A DNA stretch of 20,000 bases from Paramecium tetraurelia (taxonomy: Eukaryota). Shown piece by piece: positions 11,798-20,000 of this stretch (positions are counted from its first letter, which is position 1; every line of letters begins with the position of its first letter). The notes beneath the pieces are model-generated. The model was not told where the DNA came from. It made no database searches and was given only the letters and a program-made list of their open reading frames with translations. The DNA lies in the NCBI GenBank assembly GCA_000165425.1, contig CT868678.1, positions 308,796 through 328,795 of the forward strand, read 5' to 3'. The position numbers were made by a program, and so were the translations under genes.

Positions 11798-12250
11798 CTA
11801 ATGGTGAATATCTACTTCATGTAGATGGAAATATAAAATTAGACTAAAAAACAAAGTCAAATTGGGTCAATTTTTATAAAGTTGTTCTATTGCCAAAAGG
11901 TGAGATTAACTTCATGAAGTATTTTAAACTAAAAAAAAAATTTGTGTTATTTTAAGACCTTTTGCTTATTTATTAATTAGATTTGATATCAATAAGCATA
12001 CTCTTCATAGCACATAAAAAGGTTGGGCAGAAAATGACAAACCCAAATAAGAATTGTTTCTGAATTAACTTTCAAATTAATTCTAAAAAGTTATCTAATT
12101 TAAATTATATCTCTTTCCTACATTGAAAGAAATTACATTATTATATTTAGATGAATTTAAAGAATTCCTTTTAAACACCCAAGAAGGATCTCACTCATAA
12201 ATATTAAAATTTAAGGGATTCTGTCATAAAGACAATGTATCGATTTAATG
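11798..12250 (+). pseudogene. Possible degenerate coding remnant, family not recognised
   Basis: Two protein-like code-6 stretches (SNGEYLLHVDGNIKLDQKTKSNWVNFYKVVLLPKGEINFMKYFKL and FDINKHTLHSTQKGWAENDKPKQELFLNQL...DEFKEFLLNTQEGSHSQILKFKGFCHKDNVSIQ*) lie in different frames on either side of an A10 run at 11931-11940. I could not build a clean start or gene model. Confidence 0.25.
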
Positions 12251-12483
12251 AAATTTCTAAATAAAGAAGATTGTATGTCAAAAAGAATTACTTTCAATAA
12301 TACTATTATCAAATTTGTTGTTCAATAAATTTTATCATATAAAATAATTGGTATAGCAGAAACCATCTAATCAACAAATTCAATTAATTTTAATTAATTT
12401 TGCTATTTTATAATAGTTAACAATATCAAAATAAGAAGAAATAATAAATTAATTAATTATTGATAATTGAATTATGTACATCT

Positions 12484-15400
12484 TCAAATAAATATTACTT
12501 CCGAAGCAAAATTAGCTATCTCTTTTTTGCACATAAATTTGAAGATTTTAATTATTTTAGGTATTAAATGCCTTGCAAGAACTATTGCCAGACATAAAAT
12601 CAATGAATTCATGTGTATAAATCCCAATGTAACTTTTTTTTCGTAAGAAAGTTAAACTTACTCAATTTCAAGATAAAAAAATAAGCTTAAACTAAACACA
12701 GTTAATGTTGCTTCAATTAAAATGGATATAATTCTATCCGATTTAGAGCATTATTTATATTGATATAATAAGTAACATTAAAATAAACTACTGAAAGAGA
12801 GTAGTAAGCATTGTAAAAACTATTGATCTTAGAATAATATTAAAACAATATGGAAAAGCATTGTTCTGCACATATCTAAAGTAATAAATTTAATTTATAG
12901 CTTTGCTTTGATATTTTTGTTGTAAATATCACTGCATTATTTAAATGACTGTAGTAAAAAGTAAATAAAATAGAGAAATATTATCCCCGCAATTATAGTT
13001 GTTAAAATACTTCTAATATTATCTATTCGATTGTAATGAAGTTGTAAAATAACCTTAAATATCAAATCCCATGAATTTAAGTAAATTAGTTCCCTAATTT
13101 AATCAAAGTTATAAAAATATCTTAATCTGATTAATATCTTAACGCTCTTTCCTAAATAAAGAAGTAAATTAATAACCGAAATTAGTATCTTTGATTTTTT
13201 TGTTTAAAGATGGTAGATAGCCGTTTTATAAATAAGTAATTTGACTAATAAACTCTATATTCTTTTGATAAAATGAAGCATAGTTATCAATACAAGAAAT
13301 TGTATTATCTGAGGAAATATATTGGTAAAAAGATCAGCATCTATATTGTATACTTTAAATTTTCCCCTTACATTAACATTTTCTAATTCTTTTCTTGTTA
13401 TTAAGTTTAAAAAATCATCTAGTTGAAAGAATTGTAAATAAGAAGTTATCGATAGCAAATCCTACGCTTAAAAATATATAAATAGGTTCTCAGGATACTC
13501 AACATTAATAAATCTTAAGAATGATTGATATTATAGAATATTAAAAATTTCAACAACTACAGAGCTTTCACCTGAAATTAAAGATATTATACATAAGCAA
13601 ATGGCGCCTATCATAAATGCTTTGTTTGATTATTATGCCTTAATTGATGTTTATTTTATTGATTCAGAAATTACTTTTGGTATTTAAAGGGAAATGGATT
13701 AATTCTTAAATTATAGTGGCTAATTATTCGAGTTAACAACATCTTGATTAAGTAAAATGAATATGATTGGTTTATTTAAAACTTGTGGAAATATTTCAAT
13801 TATAACCTAATAATAAGCATATTAGAGATCAAAAGAAATATCTTAAATTGGATTAATAGTAATATTATAATCTTTGGGATCTAAATCATTAATGCTTATA
13901 TTGAACGATGATTTTTGTTTTATTATTTGATCTCTAAATTTTATTTATTAGTCAAAACTAATGTCAATGTATTATAGAGAAAATTATTGCTATCTAAAAG
14001 TCAATTTCATGTTTGGTTATTTTGAGAATGAGCATTCGAATTAATTGCAGATCTCGTTTCCATCTAAAATTGCCTCTTTTGATTTAGGATCATTTTTATC
14101 AAAAGATTCTATAATTTTTATTGCATTCTATTCATTCAAAATACAAAGCCCATTAATCAAGGCATAATCTCTCGTACATTCAATGCAGACTCCTATTTCA
14201 CAAAATACACAATGTTAATTACACTAATACTAACAATCATAGCAACCATCAAATTGAGTTTCGTTTCCATCATCGCATTATTCATCATCAGTAATAATCT
14301 TATCTCCACAGACAGATTAACATTAGTCTTCTTTCAAATACTTGCCATCGGGACAAATTTCTCTTAAGCATTTACCTTATTCGCATATTTCACAATTTTG
14401 TTGACACTAAAATTTGCATTCAAAACATCCATCAAATTGTTCATCATTTTCATCCTCACAATCTTCAAAGTCTTTTTTAAAATTCCATCTCCACAAATAG
14501 GTAAGCATTAATTAAAATATATTGAAAATCCATTTTAACATTAAAAACACCATTGTAAATTACATTAGAGACAATAAGGTTAGCATTTAAACTAACAATT
14601 CTAACAACCATCATCTGCATTGTCGCACTATTCATTTGTAAATGGAATCAAAATGCCATCTCCACATTCTGGCTCACACATATAATTTGTATTGACAATA
14701 TAACCATCTATACAACCTTAGCATTTTCCAAATTGACAAGTAATACAATTTAAATCGCATTAAAATTTGCATTAATTGCAACCATCAAATGGGTTAGAAT
14801 TATAATCTTCGCATTCTTCAGTGATACCTATTTTATAATCTCCACACTTATCTAAATCATCATTCAAATACAAAATAGTAATTATTATCTTTGATATGCA
14901 CTCATTATTAAATAAATAAAACCCTTATAAACACAAGTCACATTTCCCATTTACACAGCTCATACAATTGACATCGCAATTGTAATAGCATTCTCTATTA
15001 TCATTCATCCTTTAGTTGTTTTAATCATAACAAACCTCTTCGTCAACTACTATACCATCTCCAAATTAGGAGATACATTAAAGCCCATAATATCCGGAAA
15101 AGCATTCCATACAAATTTAATCTAAGCAAACTTTACAATTCTTCGTACATAATTTAGATTACAAATTTAAAGTACAAGTTTGGTAAATCTGTTCCAAATA
15201 CGCTATAGCTTCACATAATACGCAGTCATTACCTATTTATATTTTACAAAATTCAATCTGAATATCAAACTATTAATATTCTTTTTAACAAGTTTACAGA
15301 ATTGGATTTATTTCATATCCAACTTAGCAGATTTAACACCTTCCAAAAAAGCAGATTTAGCAATTCTTATCACACTTAAATTTGCAATTATTACACCCAT

Positions 15401-18400
15401 AAGAGTGAGATGAATCTAAAATTTCACATTATTCATTATATCCCAAAATTTCATCTCCACAAATTGGATAACATTTAAATGATATTAATTGATAACCATC
15501 TAGGCAATCATAACAGACTCCTGAAATGCAATTAAGACATGAATCCTCACAACTAAATTAACAGAAATGGCATCCATCCTCGAAAATTATATTACCATCA
15601 TCGCATTATTCATCATCGGTTACTATTCCATCCCCACAAATTGAATAACATAATTTATCAATTATATTGTACCCTGAATTACAAGAGAGACAACCTTGTC
15701 CATTATTATCACAAGTAACACAAGAAGATTAACATTTAGAAATACAATTTTGACATCCTTTATAGGGTAATATAAAGCTATCTTCACAATCTTCGCCATC
15801 TACTATTATTGAATCTCCACAAACTGAAATACAAATCTTATTAGATGACAGAAAATATTCAGGAGCACAAACTTCACATATATTGTTAACACAACTTGTG
15901 CAAATAGCTAATGGTTAACATTAAAACGTGCATGAGCTGCTGCAGCCATCATAATTAATAGTATTACTATCATCACATTATTCTGAATATATTCCGGAAG
16001 GATCTGTGACTACTAAACCATCTCCACAAATATTCTTGCAATAATATGATTATGGGACAAATCCAGGCAACTCACAACTTAAACAAGTCTGTGAGGTGTA
16101 ATCACAAGATGAACAACCAATTCTACAGTAATACATACAATCTTTGCATCCATCAGTATCTGAAGTATTTCCATCTTCGCATTATTCAACACCAATAATT
16201 TATAAATCTCCACATCTTTCTTTACATTACCAAGGAGTGACTGTTGGATCAATAAACCACCCTGCAGTAGCACATTCAAAACATTCCCCTTTAATACATT
16301 TAGTACATTAAGGTTAGCATTAATACTAACAATTATAACATCCGTCGTATTAAATAATATTGCCATCTTCACATTCTTCGCTTCCAGTAATATATCCGTC
16401 ACCACAAATATCTGGACATGGTAAAGTACTATTTTAGTTGCAAGTTAAACAATGAGCTGGACATTGATATTAACAATTATAACATAAATCATCAATAACA
16501 CTATTACCGTCCTCACATTATTCATAGCCTTTTATTTATAAATCTCCACAAATAGGTTCGCACTCTCCTTATAGTAATTAAAATCCTAAATCACAAGAAT
16601 TACATGTAAGTGTATGCCATATCTATTAATTATTATTACATAAGTTATAACATTGACTTAATAAATTATCTTCTATAATTGGACAATCTATAATAATTAT
16701 TAATATTTAAATTACTTGTACAAATATTATTTTATTCATAATAACCAGATTTACAATCACATCTTAACCCTTTTAATATTCTATGTAATGAAGAATCACA
16801 TGCTAAACAACCATTAATACCAAAACTAAAACATAATTAACAGGATGAATGACAATAAGAACATGTTTATATTGAATCTTAATAATATGATCCTGTTGGA
16901 CATCTGCATATTGATCCTACATTTTCTATATTATCAATATTTTTGCAAGTAATACACTCGTCTGAAGTAGGTCCAATACAAGTTTTACAAAATTTATGAC
17001 ATATAAGACATTGAGGATCTGATAGTATGGGGTAATAACCATCTATACAATTACATTATCCATTCTATAATTATCTATTATTACTGATTAAGCATTCTAT
17101 ACAATAATTTGAACTTAAACATTGACTACATTCTATAGGACAATCAAAACATTAATTTGATTCTTCGTATTAATTCTATTTACAAATACATCCCAATTTA
17201 CTTAAAGTAAAAGTAGATTCGCAACTTTAACAATCTAATTTAGATGTGCATGTTAAGCAAGATGGTGGGCAGTTTATGCATCTAACTGAATCTTAATCAT
17301 AATATTAGTTAATCAAGCATTCTTCTTATGAAAATTTAATAACATTAGAATCATATGTACTATTCCATTATGTGCACTTATATTAATCGGAACATTCTAA
17401 GCAATAAGGTTTGCATTTATGAACAGCTATATAATAATTATAGAATCCACAGTAGGCCTGAATTGGTTCATTATTGGGTCCAAAACATTCCCAATAGATT
17501 GTTAAGGTACTTGTGTTGTGAGATATGATTTAATTTACCCTATCATATTTTGATCCATCAGAATAAGAGGAATAATAACTAGATATTGATTTAGAAACTG
17601 GTGGATTGTTTTCAATTGTATATATGAATTATCCATCCAAAGGAAATGTTGGTCCATATAGGATAAAAAAGGCAATAGTAATGCTATGATGTTTATCAAC
17701 TATGTTATGAACTCTTTTGAATTTTGCTTAGGCCCAAACTAGTGGGCCTCCAAAAACCCGTTAATTTTGCTAATATGAATAATAAATATCTTCTCCTTTT
17801 AAAAAATTGGTTCCATTTTGGGAAATTAAAGTATATTACGAGTATTACCTAGGATCATTTTCTAGATTTAGATATTCTTAAATTAAAAATTAGGAGTCTA
17901 TATATATGAAAGGTTTTACATGGTGTCTGTTAATCGTAATCTACACAATAAGAGCCATTTAATTTTTAATATGGTTATTAGCAGCTATTTATACAAGTAC
18001 CATCTTTATAAAAATAGTATCCACTATCACAAATCTTACATTTGAATGATACCTCACACAGTTCACAATTTTATGGGCATAATCCTGCAGTAACTTAAAC
18101 TTATATTATTCCCCATCCAGCAGTGTTATCGCTAATTTATGATAATTGAAATTTACGTGTAATTTCCAATCGCTGAGAACAGCAATTGATTTTTAGGAAT
18201 ATCAAGGTATGTAATTAACAAATATTTCGTGACAAAATATGTTAAATATGAACCAGAGCTAATAGTTTCATATATTTGGACATTATGTGTTTGAATACCT
18301 ATGTTGTTTCGATATATTGATCCATAATAAGTATTATTAATTTTAAATTGGATACCACAATTAAGTGGTATTGCATTGAAAGTTACTAATGTAATATGGA

Positions 18401-19366
18401 ATCCAATTAAGTGGGTTGCATAATTAATTGATAATTCATTAATAAATCTATAAACTCCAGAATTATATTTAAATACTCCATATATGTATTAATAATTTAG
18501 ATATATATTTGGAAGCAAAGTAGTATCTAAATGTATTGAATCAAGGATTAATGACCATTTCATATTTTCTGGGGAGACATTTAAGGTAAAATAGGTTTTT
18601 GTAAAAGTTTGAACTAAATATTTGTGATGCGATTACTTGGGTAAATTTGACAAAATCCATTCTTAAAAAAAGGAGAATCTGTATGGCAAATCAGTTTGCA
18701 TCCTGTATATTTCATATAATACTCATTTGCTGGGCAAGTGGGGCAAATTCCATTAGTAGGCGTTTGATAATAGCAAATTGTACATTCTTAGAAATCAGGA
18801 CCACTACATTTGGAACAAGATGGAAAACAAATAAAAGTAGAGGAATAGAAATTTTTGATTGAAACTAACCCATCACCAGAATTAGAGGAAAAAAACAAAA
18901 TTTTATTATTGCTAAGAGTTGTCATTGTAAAATTTACTGTTTTTATAACAGAACCCAATGAATCACAAAATGAATTAGTTGATGAATAAACCGATGGAGA
19001 TTCATAATAATATTAATATTCAAATGAACCTATTTTAAATTTTACTGATTGATTTTGCCAAGTACCTTGAAAATATAAATCAAAGGCTAAAAAATCTCCT
19101 ATGTTTATGTAGTGCGTTTAATTTGTTACAACAGTAGGATAATTACTATTTAAAGTGATATAGCTAGTTTTTGGGTTTGTACAAGTAATAAAATTGGCTG
19201 TGACTTGTGTAGATTACTATAAAAAGGTTCCAGATTTTAAATATGCATTGGGACCAGTTTATTCTGTAAATATTGTATTTGATGCTAACACTGCAATTGT
19301 GTTGTACCATTAGGAGTAAGACACTTCAATATGAGCAAGAACGATGATTACGAAAAAAAATTGCAT
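12484..19366 (-). CDS. Large Cys-rich surface membrane protein (~2261 aa if the frame is restored): signal peptide, furin/EGF-like CxxC repeats, ~12 CGDG..E.C(D/E)DGN...DGC repeats (Myxococcus cysteine-rich/DUF4215-like), C-terminal multi-pass TM region; one -1 frame break
   Basis: Starts MQFFFVIIVLAHIEVSYSQW (signal-peptide-like). Cys-rich segments include CFPSCSKCSGPDFQECTIC and CINCPPSCLTCTSKLDCQSC. Repeats include CGDGYITGSEECEDGNIIQYDGCYNCQYQC and CGDGIVTDDEQCDDGNIIFEDGCHFCQFSC. The TM region includes AFMIGAICLCIISLISG, ILQYQSFLRFINVEYPENLFIYF and SILTTIIAGIIFLYFIYFLL. Introns are at 18614-18636, 18132-18156, 17898-17919 and 16688-16715. The spliced length is 6785 nt (3n+2), explained by one missing base in the A-run at 14473-14478. 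Stop is TGA at 12486-12484. Confidence 0.88.
14180..16560 (-). repeat. Protein-level tandem array of about 12 CGD-initiated cysteine-rich repeats
   Basis: The plus strand shows recurrent 'tctccaca' (reverse complement of TGTGGAGA, encoding CGD) and close variants, mostly spaced about 180-200 nt apart. I count 11 CGD copies and one degenerate FGDG copy. Confidence 0.85.
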
Positions 19367-19901
19367 TGTTTTAATATATGATTTTAAGATTCTATATAAC
19401 AAATTAATATAGAACAAAATAATTCATTCATACAGTTATTAACTTAATTATGAAAATTATAGTACCTTAAAGCTAATTTGTAATACTTTAGTTCAATACA
19501 TAGAAGGCATGGTTTGTTATAGAGATTAAATTCAAATATTGTATTTTTTCTTTGGAAGACAGTAATTTACAAGAAACTATAAAAATATAATTAGAACAAA
19601 ATTCGCTGTTAAAAGGCTTACTTTGATTATTTAATTTTGTTTTCTCCTAAAATATAGACTGATAAAAAATAATAAATTCGTAATTCAATTGTTATAAAGC
19701 AATTGATAATTAAATTTTAATTAATACTTTTAAAATTTATGGAATGCTTTAAAGTCCATTAATAACAAACTGCTACCAATCTCGTTTATTATCACTAACA
19801 AACAAAAATTTTTAGAAATCACTTAAGAAAAATTGTTAAAAATGATATGTACTTTTTGTTACAAATATGCAAATTAGGAAAGAATTATAATCATCTCAAA
19901 A

Positions 19902-19988
19902 GGGGTTGGGGTTGGGGTTTGGGGTTTGGGTTTGGGGTTGGGGTTGGGGTTTTGGGTTTGGGTTTGGGGTTGGGGTTGGGGTTGGGGG
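19902..19988 (+). repeat. Telomeric repeat tract, mixed GGGGTT/GGGTTT (Paramecium type)
   Basis: About 14 units of GGGGTT interspersed with GGGTTT, with the G-rich strand running 5'->3' toward the window end and joined abruptly to AT-rich DNA. A G4T2/G3T3 mixture is the known Paramecium telomere signature. Confidence 0.95.
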
Positions 19989-20000
19989 AACCCAACGAAA

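Noticed and set aside
16079..18862. Supplied ORFs 16079..16405 (-) and 18647..18862 (+)
   Set aside because: They are wrong-frame and antisense shadows of the large Cys-rich gene. ORF 13255..13458 is a true in-frame fragment of that gene rather than a separate gene.

Overview
This is an AT-rich ciliate window, most consistent with the end of a Paramecium macronuclear chromosome. Three lines of evidence agree: genes only read through if TAA/TAG = Gln and TGA is the only stop (translation table 6), introns are 22-31 nt GT...AG, and the window ends in mixed GGGGTT/GGGTTT telomeric repeats (19902-19988). The supplied ORF track uses a code in which TAA/TAG are stops, so it is mostly fragments or wrong-frame artefacts. 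Manual translation gives five main loci. (1) An intact copine gene (minus strand, 4 introns). (2) A decayed Cys-periodic surface-antigen-like pseudogene (plus strand; no 5' end, one frameshift, one internal TGA, GPI-type tail). (3) A Gly/Trp-rich MORN-like repeat gene (minus strand, 7 introns, one repeat per exon, one in-frame TGA). (4) An intronless WD40 gene ending in a CaaX-like motif (plus strand). (5) A ~2260-aa signal-peptide, Cys-rich-repeat, multi-TM surface protein gene (minus strand, 4 introns) with a single -1 frame break at an A-run. There is also a weak coding remnant at about 11800-12250. I do not see firm evidence for a wholly new biological system. The best leads are the frame break at a slippery-like heptamer, the exon-per-repeat architecture, and a copine lacking canonical Ca2+ ligands.
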